A program made the translations under genes and the position numbers. Shown here piece by piece: positions 1 to 7,635 of a stretch of 64,000 nucleotides of DNA. The notes beneath the pieces are model-generated. The model did not search any database. It was not told the origin of the DNA and saw nothing but the letters and a program-made list of their open reading frames with translations. The stretch comes from Candidatus Uhrbacteria bacterium (GTDB lineage Bacteria; Patescibacteriota; Patescibacteriia; UBA9934; GWF2-40-263), in the NCBI GenBank assembly GCA_023246355.1, contig JAHFIQ010000001.1, positions 145,887 through 209,886 of the forward strand, written 5' to 3'. Positions within the stretch are counted from its first letter, which is position 1. Every line of letters begins with the position of its first letter.

Positions 1-1875
1 CGTTCCAGTCCAGGCGCCGGTTGTTTCTGTGCGCCACAGGGCTCCGCTCATGGTTCCGGTGTGTGTGAGATAAAAACCATTTCCTGAAGTCAGACCATCA
101 ACCGTGTAGTCGATGCCGTTGGCTGTGGTCACGGAATCAAAGAAGATATCCATCGTATCGTTGGTGGTCTCTGACGAGAAGAAGTTGAACATGTCGAGCG
201 ATCCGGCAGACTGGGTGCCGAAGTTCATCACATCAGCGCCTGTGCCTGTTCCCATGTTGATGGTTCGAGCCACAGAAGTGCTTCCGATCGTGATCGTACG
301 ACTGGCTGTTTGTGTGTCGAGTGAAACATCATTTTGGGCACTAGTAACCGCAACTGATCCACCTGAACCACCAGCGGTAACGGAGATAGCTCCGTCCGTT
401 GTGTCCATGGCAATGGTTCCGGCGCCGGCCACGTTTACATCAAGTCCAGCCGATCCAGGACCAGCCGAGTTGTTGGTGTTGATCTGAACATACGCGGCAT
501 CCAAACCAATGGCACCGGTTGTATTGTTGGTTGCATCGTAGGCATCAAGCTCAATACCTGAGCCAGCAGCGCCATCTGCATCAAGATAAATAGCGACGCC
601 TGTTGGATCTGAGGCAAGAGTTGTCGTGTCCAGGGAGCGCAAAACCACCGTGGACGAAGTGCCGCCAGCACTCGTCGAAAGGGTGAGTCCGCCTACGGAT
701 GTTGAAAAGTTTGAAGCAGCTCCGCCGTCGATGGTGACACCGCCAGTACCACCGTTGATGTCGACGAGAAGCGCATTGATTTCAGATTCTGTGGAAGCAG
801 CATTACCCATGGTGATGGTCTTGGCTGCTGCACCTGTTCCCAAGTTGACCGCGCCGGTTGAACCAGAATCCACTGTGACCGCGCCGGTTGTTCCAGAGGT
901 AATGTTCAAAGCAGAAGCAGCTGCGGAGGCAACCGTTCCAGCTCCAACAAAGGTCAAATCGTTAATATCTAAGTTTGTGCCCTCGACGAGGATTGCACCA
1001 GCATTCCCACCGTCGTCAATCGTGATGGCACCAGTGCCTGGTGTGATATCAAACTCTGGACCATCAACGCCAAATCCACCGGTACCGGTGTTTATTTGAA
1101 CCGCTGTTGCTCCTGTGGTGTTACCAACCGTAACCGTGTGGGCAATCGCGTTGGTACCAATGTTCAAGGCGCCAGTTCCAGCGTTCAATACGACCGATGT
1201 GGCACCGGTTGAGTTACCGACCGTGACGGTCTTTGCAACCGCGCCAGCACCAATGTTGATGGCTGTGGCAGCCGAGTTGTCAAGTGTCAGAGTGGCTGTG
1301 TCGGTGATACCTTCAACGAAGTTCCAGGAATCGCCATCGTAGAAGCGAATCTTGTCGTTCGTGGTGTCGTAGAACAAACGACCATCAAACGTATCGTCTG
1401 TTGGGGCGCTTGAGACAGCCTCAATGGCTTGAGTGAAGATAGAGTAAGGCGTCTTGGTTACCTCCACGCGAGGGGAAAGGGTTTCAGCTGAACCAACCGC
1501 ATCAGAAGAGTTCACCTTTAATTCAAGAAAAAGATTGTCTGAAAAATCAGAGAGGCTTGCTCCAAGCGGGATCTGCAAGGAGAAGAAGCCGTTGGTGACT
1601 GTAATGGCCGATGTTGGTGTGGCCAAGAAGTTTGTACCTTGGATATTGCTTGAGGCAGTTGTACCACCTGTGAGTGCGCTCTCCAAGTCAAACCAGAAAT
1701 AGTACGTTCCTGTGAGGGCCGTACCGGATGAGTTAAAAAGGCGTCCGTTGTAGCCGATCGATGTCGGCACCTGCGCTTGGGCAGCGGACGGGACTGCAAG
1801 AAGGGCAAAAGCCAGTGTGTAGAACACCATGGCCACTGCCACAAACGTGTGCAGAATGAGTTTGGCGGTTCGCAT
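1..1875 (-). CDS. Large secreted cell-surface repeat protein (N-terminal ~625 aa; gene continues past the window start)
   Basis: An ATG at 1875 (minus strand) opens a frame I translated by hand with no stop down to position 1. The track omits it only because it is incomplete. The N-terminus MRTAKLILHTFVAVAMVFYTLAFALLAVPSAAQA is a signal peptide. The body is Gly/Thr/Ala/Asn-rich with reiterated units (TVTVGNSTGATSVVLNAGTGALNIGTNAIAHTVTVGNTTGATAVQINTGTGG), which reads as beta-helix or adhesin-like. It also carries the motif GRLFYDTTNDKIRFYDGDSW. The plus-strand track ORFs here are out-of-frame or antisense artefacts. Confidence 0.6.
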   Translation of the reverse strand, partial: MRTAKLILHTFVAVAMVFYTLAFALLAVPSAAQAQVPTSIGYNGRLFNSSGTALTGTYYFWFDLESALTGGTTASSNIQGTNFLATPTSAITVTNGFFSLQIPLGASLSDFSDNLFLELKVNSSDAVGSAETLSPRVEVTKTPYSIFTQAIEAVSSAPTDDTFDGRLFYDTTNDKIRFYDGDSWNFVEGITDTATLTLDNSAATAINIGAGAVAKTVTVGNSTGATSVVLNAGTGALNIGTNAIAHTVTVGNTTGATAVQINTGTGGFGVDGPEFDITPGTGAITIDDGGNAGAILVEGTNLDINDLTFVGAGTVASAAASALNITSGTTGAVTVDSGSTGAVNLGTGAAAKTITMGNAASTESEINALLVDINGGTGGVTIDGGAASNFSTSVGGLTLSTSAGGTSSTVVLRSLDTTTLASDPTGVAIYLDADGAAGSGIELDAYDATNNTTGAIGLDAAYVQINTNNSAGPGSAGLDVNVAGAGTIAMDTTDGAISVTAGGSGGSVAVTSAQNDVSLDTQTASRTITIGSTSVARTINMGTGTGADVMNFGTQSAGSLDMFNFFSSETTNDTMDIFFDSVTTANGIDYTVDGLTSGNGFYLTHTGTMSGALWRTETTGAWTGT

Positions 1876-2028
1876 ACGATTGTGATGCGTAGTCTCTTAG
1901 GAGACTTGAAATTATTTAAAAGGATTGGACGGCTCAGTGATTCTGGTAAAGAAACGATGAAACCCAAGGCGCATGCCTTGTTCATTCCTTTACCAAATCA
2001 CTTAGCTCATGCCTCGATCCATGAGAGA

Positions 2029-3261
2029 TTAATTAAGTTTTTTCTTTTTCCTTGCGGAAATTATACCAACAATGACGATTGCTCCCAAGATCAGAGTTAT
2101 CAACAGCTTCTTTGGTGTCGACAAACTGTTCACGGCTGCGCCAGCGCGTGCGATGGCTGTGAGCTCCTGATTCTCCTCAAATCCATCAGGACGACTCAGA
2201 TCGGTTCCTTCTGGGTACACACGGATTGACGTGCTTCCATAAGAAGCGTTCCCTGCTCGATCAAGCGCTGCGACTCGGAAAAAGTAGGTCCCAACAGCCA
2301 AGTCTGAGATTTCCAGCGGACTCTCTTGCACCTGATACTCACTATCGTTGATGGCCACTTGGTACTGAAGTACGCCTGAGGTCTCATCAATGGTCGCAAA
2401 GGTAAACCAGGCAGATTCGCCTTCTAAAATCTTGTTTGTTTGGGCGACAAGTTCGATCGCATGTGGCGCCGTGGTGTCGATGTTGACTCGACGATGGGCG
2501 ACAGCTGTCTGCTTTCCGTTTGCTTGAACGCCCTTCAAGTGGAGGTAGTGGACCCCGTCTGCCACACCGGTAAATGAAAGCTGAGATGTGGACCCGTCCA
2601 CGTATGTGCTTGGTTCCGTATCTGAGTTCTCATCAAACGTGTAGTAATAGGCTGTGATGGGACTGTCTCCTTGCAGCGCCGTCCAGGTGAAAGCGACATC
2701 ACTCACAGTGAACCAGTCGACTTCGTTTGGATGACTCTCGCTCTCCACAACAAGCAGCGCTGTTCCAGCTTCTGCTGTGCTGGAGGCTCCTACCGTTACT
2801 TGCGAGCTCCCCAAATTCCCCGTGTCTATTTTCTCCTCTCCGTCCTCGATCGCTCGAGAGTCCGCAGAGATTTCTACGTCACCACTTCCCTCTTGCAGCG
2901 CAAGAAAGGTGATGGTCGCAAATGGTCCTTGTGCGGTCACTGGACCTTCCAGCGTAAAGGCTCCCCATGAAATTTTTCCGGTTTCGTTGTTGTACTCATT
3001 GCCTGGCGCCACACGATCGAAGGCTCCCACAAGAGAGACATTTCGAACTTGCAGAAGCGTTGGATCAAACGTGACCACGGCACGAGCTGTATCGAGCAAT
3101 GCCCCGCCTGGATTCACGCTCACGATCACATCGAATTGTTCGCCGCGTTCCACGGAGTATTCGCTCTGATCCAGACTCATCGATGCGGCTCCTTGTGCCT
3201 GAGAAATCCCAGGCAAGAGAAGCATCATCCCGACTACGACAACCGAAAGGAATTGTTTCAT
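2029..3261 (-). CDS. Cohesin-domain cell-surface protein with Ig/FN3-like region and a C-terminal TM anchor
   Basis: The 425-aa track ORF is trimmed to the start MKQFLSVVVVGMMLLLPGISQAQG (signal peptide), which is preceded by AGGAGG. The N-terminal domain (FDVIVSVNPGG...VVTFDPTLLQV...GKISWGAF...ATITFLALQEGSGDVEI) has the cohesin pattern. The C-terminus reads LLITLILGAIVIVGIISARKKKK. Confidence 0.6.
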   Translation of the reverse strand: MKQFLSVVVVGMMLLLPGISQAQGAASMSLDQSEYSVERGEQFDVIVSVNPGGALLDTARAVVTFDPTLLQVRNVSLVGAFDRVAPGNEYNNETGKISWGAFTLEGPVTAQGPFATITFLALQEGSGDVEISADSRAIEDGEEKIDTGNLGSSQVTVGASSTAEAGTALLVVESESHPNEVDWFTVSDVAFTWTALQGDSPITAYYYTFDENSDTEPSTYVDGSTSQLSFTGVADGVHYLHLKGVQANGKQTAVAHRRVNIDTTAPHAIELVAQTNKILEGESAWFTFATIDETSGVLQYQVAINDSEYQVQESPLEISDLAVGTYFFRVAALDRAGNASYGSTSIRVYPEGTDLSRPDGFEENQELTAIARAGAAVNSLSTPKKLLITLILGAIVIVGIISARKKKKLN

Positions 3262-3362
3262 ACGTACTTCTTGTCCTCCTGTGAATGTTGGCTTGGTGAG
3301 GGACATGTCGGATCAAAAACGTGTTTTGAGGCGGCATGTCCCTCACCAGAGCCAACGTACTG

Positions 3363-4244
3363 TTAAACACTTGTTCCCCATCGTGCGACCATCATCGAGA
3401 AGTCATAGTCGTCCACGATTTCATCTTCATTGAAGTCCCCGGCACGATTGTTATCGCCCCAGATTTTCACCAGCTTGCTCAAATCGTAATCGTTGACTGT
3501 GTCGTTTCCTGTGACGTCGCCGATCAGTCTTCGATAGAGTTCGTAGACGGTTTCGTCTGAGTCCTTAGAACCATTACTGGCGACAATCGAGAAGCTATTG
3601 AGTCCGTATGAAAGCGATACCATCGAGGACCAAGAATCATCGTCGACCAGTTCTACATCCTCTGAGGAATCGTTAATCGTGATCTCGTCAGTGTCTGTAT
3701 CCATGGTTCCGTACAAAAGGAAGGATGTTTTGTAGCTGTATTCAAGTGAGGCAATCTCGTCGGAAACTTCTGGTTCATCTGGCGCGGATCCGCCTCCACC
3801 ACCGCCACCGCCTCCACCACCGCCGCCTCCACCAGAGGCTGTTGAACAGCTTGACGTGACATAGGCACAGGCTGAGCTACAGGAAAGCGTTCCGGCATCA
3901 AACCCTTGGCTGGCACAGGTGGCGCTGTTCAAGTCTGCGCCATCACATGTTTCAGAGGAATCGCGGAAACCATCACCACAGTAGAACTGGAACGCGCCTC
4001 CGCCCTGCTCTTGATAGGTTGTGCTTGAGACGCTTCCTGTGTACGGCTCAATAGCTCCCTGCGCTCGATAACTTGAGGAGGTAAGCATCCCGGAGGCATT
4101 GGCTCCAGCGTTGGCCGAGGGAGACAGGTAGCCTTCCTCTGGATTGATCTGGTAGGTCGTTGAGGAAACCGTCGCTCCCGCACTCAGAGGGAATGCGACC
4201 AGACTGAGCGCCACCAGCAGTACAGGTAATTTTTTATATGTCAT
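3363..4244 (-). CDS. Secreted Cys-rich protein with a poly-Gly linker and a C-terminal dockerin-like duplicated Ca-binding repeat
   Basis: Signal peptide MTYKKLPVLLVALSLVAFPLSAGA. The central domain is Cys-rich (CGDGFRDSSETCDG...CSSACAYVTSSC). There is a run of fifteen Gly. The C-terminus reads GDVTGNDTVNDYDLSKLVKIW...GDFNEDEIVDDYDFSMMVARW, which matches the dockerin D-x-N-x-D-x-x-V-N-x-x-D pair. Confidence 0.6.
   Translation of the reverse strand: MTYKKLPVLLVALSLVAFPLSAGATVSSTTYQINPEEGYLSPSANAGANASGMLTSSSYRAQGAIEPYTGSVSSTTYQEQGGGAFQFYCGDGFRDSSETCDGADLNSATCASQGFDAGTLSCSSACAYVTSSCSTASGGGGGGGGGGGGGGGSAPDEPEVSDEIASLEYSYKTSFLLYGTMDTDTDEITINDSSEDVELVDDDSWSSMVSLSYGLNSFSIVASNGSKDSDETVYELYRRLIGDVTGNDTVNDYDLSKLVKIWGDNNRAGDFNEDEIVDDYDFSMMVARWGTSV
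3787..3834 (-). repeat. (GGN)n simple-sequence tract encoding poly-Gly
   Basis: The tract ccgcctccaccaccgccaccgcctccaccaccgccgcctccacc is in-frame. It encodes GGGGGGGGGGGGGGG in the dockerin-like protein. Confidence 0.8.
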
Positions 4245-4262
4245 ATGCGGAGTCGCTCGCCA

Positions 4263-6011
4263 TTAAAACGCTCCTGAGTAAGCAATCGCTGCAACGATAT
4301 TCCAATCTTGATCTGAACTTGGAAGGGCGCCGAACGCGGAAACATACGTGGTGATCGCGGCGGACTCGGCCTCCAAGTCGCGCTCATCATCACTTGGGGT
4401 GTAGCCGTTCACCATGTAATCGATGGCGACCCAATCAGCATCCTCAGATGGAAGACGACCGGTGATGGTTCCAAACCAACCAATGGCTTGCTGTTCAAGT
4501 GTCAGCGCTGTTTCTTCTTCTGCGACCACCTCTTCTACCTCTGCCACCTCATCCACCTCTTCCTCATCTCCTGACTCTAGGAAGTCTGTGTAGGCAAGCG
4601 TGTGTACGACATTCCATTCCATGTCCGTCGATGGCATCTTGGCGTACTTGGCACCGAAGATGACGAGTGCTGCTTGCTCGGCCGCCAGATCTTGTTCTTC
4701 TTCTTCACAGCCGCCGTAGGCAATGCAATGCAGAGCTGCCCAGTCGTCTTCTGAGGAAGGCATGCGAGCATAGAACGCTCCGAAGTAGACGAGCGCTTGC
4801 TGCTCAAGACTTGCAGATGTTTCTTCCTCGACTACCTCTTCTACCTCGTCCACCTCGGCCACCTCTTCCTCCTCTCCTGAGTCAAGGAAGTCCGTGTAGG
4901 CAAGCGTGTGGATGACATTCCATTCCATGTCTGTGGATGGCATCTTGCCGTACTTCGCGCCGAAGGTTACGAGTGCTGCTTGCTCGGCCGCCAGATCTTG
5001 TTCTTCTTCTTCACAGCCGCCGTAGGCAATGCAATGCAGAGCTGCCCAGTCGTCTTCTGAGGAAGGCATGCGAGCATAGAACGCTCCGAAGTAGACGAGG
5101 GCCTGTGCTTCAAGAGAGGCGGAAGATTCGGTGGTTGTTTCTTCTTCGGTCGTCTCCTCTTCTGTTGTGGTTTCTCCCTCTTCAAGAGGTTCAAGGCCTA
5201 GCAATTCCTGTCCAGCCGTTGTGTAAGCCAGTGCGTGAACCGCCTGCCAGTCCATAGAAGAAGATGGGTTGGCACCGTACTTGCTATTGAACTTGGCAAG
5301 CGCGGCAACTTCGTACGTGAGATTGCGATTGTCCGAGTCATAGCAACCGTCATCAGCAATACAGTTATTGGTTTCCCAATCGTCATCACTGGATGGAAGG
5401 CGTCCAAACAAGGCGCCGAAGTAAACCAGGGCAGCTGCTTGATCACTCTCACTTGCACCGTTGCTGTTTGAGCTACTTGTATCTTCTTCGTCAGTTGTTG
5501 CTGGAGCTTCTGATTCAACATCAGCGCCCGTGATCGTGATCCTGGACGATCCAAGTTCACCTGTATCGATGGTTTCTTCACCATCGGAAATCAAACGTGA
5601 TGAATCCTCAACCGCGATCGTTGCTGTTCCGGAGGACAGCGCATGAAAGGTCACGGTCGCAAGGGTGCCAGAGCTCGTCACCGGAGTGCCGAACTTGTAC
5701 GCGCCGTAGCTGAGTGTGCCTGCATCGTTGTCGATGTCATTGGAAGGTGAAAGATTTGGAAACAAGCTTCCAAGATCAAACGACAGCACCTCGACCATAT
5801 CTGGATCGAAGGAAAGATCGACACGAACCGTGTCGAGCGACTCGTCGTTGGCGTCCACGAGTACGCTTAAACTAAAAGAGTCCCCTGTCTCAACGGACGT
5901 GTTGGTAGGAGACAACGACAACGTGGCCGTGGTACCGGCATGCGCCGCTGGAATGCCAACGTTCGCGATTCCCATCGCGAGTCCGAGGAAGAGGACGGCA
6001 ATCTTCTTCAT
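4263..6011 (-). CDS. Cohesin-domain surface protein followed by seven ~45-aa acidic repeats
   Basis: Signal peptide MKKIAVLFLGLAMGIANVGIPAAHA. The cohesin-like N-terminal domain reads SFSLSVLVDANDESLDTVRVDLSFDPDMVEVLSF...GTLSYGAY...TVTFHALSSGTATIAV. It is followed by seven repeats of the unit A-[AL]-V-x-F-G-A-x-Y-x-x-M-P-S-x-[DE]-x-[DE]-W-x-x-[IVA]-H-x-[LI]-A-Y, separated by Glu/Thr-rich linkers. Confidence 0.65.
   Translation of the reverse strand: MKKIAVLFLGLAMGIANVGIPAAHAGTTATLSLSPTNTSVETGDSFSLSVLVDANDESLDTVRVDLSFDPDMVEVLSFDLGSLFPNLSPSNDIDNDAGTLSYGAYKFGTPVTSSGTLATVTFHALSSGTATIAVEDSSRLISDGEETIDTGELGSSRITITGADVESEAPATTDEEDTSSSNSNGASESDQAAALVYFGALFGRLPSSDDDWETNNCIADDGCYDSDNRNLTYEVAALAKFNSKYGANPSSSMDWQAVHALAYTTAGQELLGLEPLEEGETTTEEETTEEETTTESSASLEAQALVYFGAFYARMPSSEDDWAALHCIAYGGCEEEEQDLAAEQAALVTFGAKYGKMPSTDMEWNVIHTLAYTDFLDSGEEEEVAEVDEVEEVVEEETSASLEQQALVYFGAFYARMPSSEDDWAALHCIAYGGCEEEEQDLAAEQAALVIFGAKYAKMPSTDMEWNVVHTLAYTDFLESGDEEEVDEVAEVEEVVAEEETALTLEQQAIGWFGTITGRLPSEDADWVAIDYMVNGYTPSDDERDLEAESAAITTYVSAFGALPSSDQDWNIVAAIAYSGAF
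4560..5170. repeat. Near-perfect 306-bp (102-aa) tandem direct duplication inside the cohesin-repeat gene
   Basis: Sequence 4681-4796 is identical to 4987-5102 (gccgccagatcttgttcttcttcttcacagccgccgtaggcaatgcaatgcagagctgcccagtcgtcttctgaggaaggcatgcgagcatagaacgctccgaagtagacgag). The flanks are about 90% identical. Track ORFs 4667..4915 and 4937..5257 translate to the same peptide, which confirms the period. Confidence 0.85.
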
Positions 6012-6318
6012 AAGAAAATTTTTTAGGGCGGTTAAATGTAAAAGGATTTTGATGGCGCAAGTGACATCAAAAAAAGTTCATCAAAATTATACATGCAACG
6101 CGCAAGACCGACAAAGAAAATCTGTGTATAACCTGCGAAGTTCATCAAGAAATAATTCCGGAGAGCACAACCGTTATCGGTCACTTTCATCCCAACAACA
6201 AACTTCTCGACAAGGAAGCATTCAACGGCAAAATGGGATTTCTCTATTGCGCTGCTGCTGGTAATGACCTAAAAAGTCCACGCCAGTATAGACAAAAAAG
6301 GTTTTCCACAGCCGATTT

Positions 6319-7629
6319 TTACTTTTCTCCTCTGAACAAAAGCTGAACGGTTTTGAGAAGAATCAGGAAATCAAGAACCAACGATCGGTTTTTTATATAG
6401 TACAAATCGTATTCGAATTTTTTTTGAGAGTCCGTGACAGAACGAGCATAGCGAAATTTAATTTGCGCCCAACCGGTGAATCCTGGTTTTACAAAATGAC
6501 GAACACGATAATGGGGAATCTCTCGCTCAAGCGTTTCCACAAACATCGGTCGCTCTGGTCTTGGTCCGACCAAACTCAACTCCCCTTTCAACACATTCAA
6601 CATCTGCGGCAGCTCATCCAAGTGACTCTTACGCAACAGGTTGCCCACCCGTGTCACACGATCATCGTTCTTTGTCGCCCACTGCGCTCCACTCGCTTCC
6701 GCATCTGCTCTCATGGTACGAAACTTTTTAATCAAAAACGGCTGACGATTTTTCCCAACACGTTCCTGTGTGTAAAAAATAGCTCCGCCTTCCATCTTGA
6801 TCAAAAGGGCGATGAACATCCACAGCGGCAAGGTAAGAAGCAACAGACACGCCGCGACCGACACATCAAAGACACGCTTCAAACGATGCGAGAGACCTTG
6901 ATTGCGCTCCTGAACATGACGAATGAACCACGCGTGATCGATCGTGGAGAGTGGAATTCTCCGTGCGAATAATTCATAGGCTTGGGCGAGATCCAAGAAG
7001 GTCACACCCGTTCCAAGACACGCATAGAGTGATTGAAGGTGGTCACCTTGAGACAAAAATGCGTTAGGAACAATAACCACATCGAGATGATGTCGTTGGA
7101 TCTGACTCACAAGATCCTCTCCTGATGATGTGAGAGACACAGACTCATATCCATGATGCTTCAATGACTGGATAATTTCTGCTAACTCCCCCTCTTGATC
7201 TTGGAGATCCAACAGACCAATCCGCCAAGGAACAAGAGAGGAGATCTTCAGCGAGAATACCAAGCGCCACAGGTACGCGAACAAGCCAAACAGCAGGACG
7301 TGGATAAGGAGGTTCGTCTTAGGACTCAAATCTGTGAGTGTCGTTGCATAGAAAAACAAAACCCCTGTCCCAAACAGCATCACCACTGCAACGCCAAAAC
7401 GCGCCATAAACGACGTTGAGGTCGGCGGCAGAGAGAGGTCGTAGAGATCCATCACATAAAAAACCGCGAGCCAAACCAGATACAGAAAAGAGAACGGGAC
7501 GGCGTGAGCCAAAAAACGCTCTGTATCAACCTGCCCCCAGAACCCAATAAAAAGAGCCAACCACAATGTCCCGTAGAGTAATGCTACGTCTCCTGTTAGG
7601 AGAGCCATTTTCCGAAAAATGAAGCCCAT
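6319..7629 (-). CDS. Undecaprenyl-phosphate sugar phosphotransferase (bacterial sugar transferase, WbaP/WcaJ-like)
   Basis: N-terminal TM segments. The C-terminal catalytic domain reads KRVFDVSVAACLLLLTLPLWMFIALLIKMEGGAIFYTQERVGKNRQPFLIKKFRTM...LDELPQMLNVLKGELSLVGPRPERP...KPGFTGWAQI. Confidence 0.8.
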   Translation of the reverse strand: MGFIFRKMALLTGDVALLYGTLWLALFIGFWGQVDTERFLAHAVPFSFLYLVWLAVFYVMDLYDLSLPPTSTSFMARFGVAVVMLFGTGVLFFYATTLTDLSPKTNLLIHVLLFGLFAYLWRLVFSLKISSLVPWRIGLLDLQDQEGELAEIIQSLKHHGYESVSLTSSGEDLVSQIQRHHLDVVIVPNAFLSQGDHLQSLYACLGTGVTFLDLAQAYELFARRIPLSTIDHAWFIRHVQERNQGLSHRLKRVFDVSVAACLLLLTLPLWMFIALLIKMEGGAIFYTQERVGKNRQPFLIKKFRTMRADAEASGAQWATKNDDRVTRVGNLLRKSHLDELPQMLNVLKGELSLVGPRPERPMFVETLEREIPHYRVRHFVKPGFTGWAQIKFRYARSVTDSQKKFEYDLYYIKNRSLVLDFLILLKTVQLLFRGEK

Positions 7630-7635
7630 ACTACA

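Noticed and set aside
113-1985. Track ORFs 113..487(+), 626..1099(+), 1115..1342(+), 1454..1702(+), 1518..1985(-) and two short minus ORFs
   Set aside because: They are out of frame or antisense to the real minus-strand surface-protein gene (ATG 1875). They have a PVP/TVT-rich low-complexity composition typical of shadow frames of a repeat gene.
5716-6264. 182-aa plus-strand ORF in the 6012-6318 intergenic region
   Set aside because: It overlaps the 5' end of the minus-strand cohesin gene. The region is AT-rich and low-complexity, and the ORF has no RBS or homology signal.
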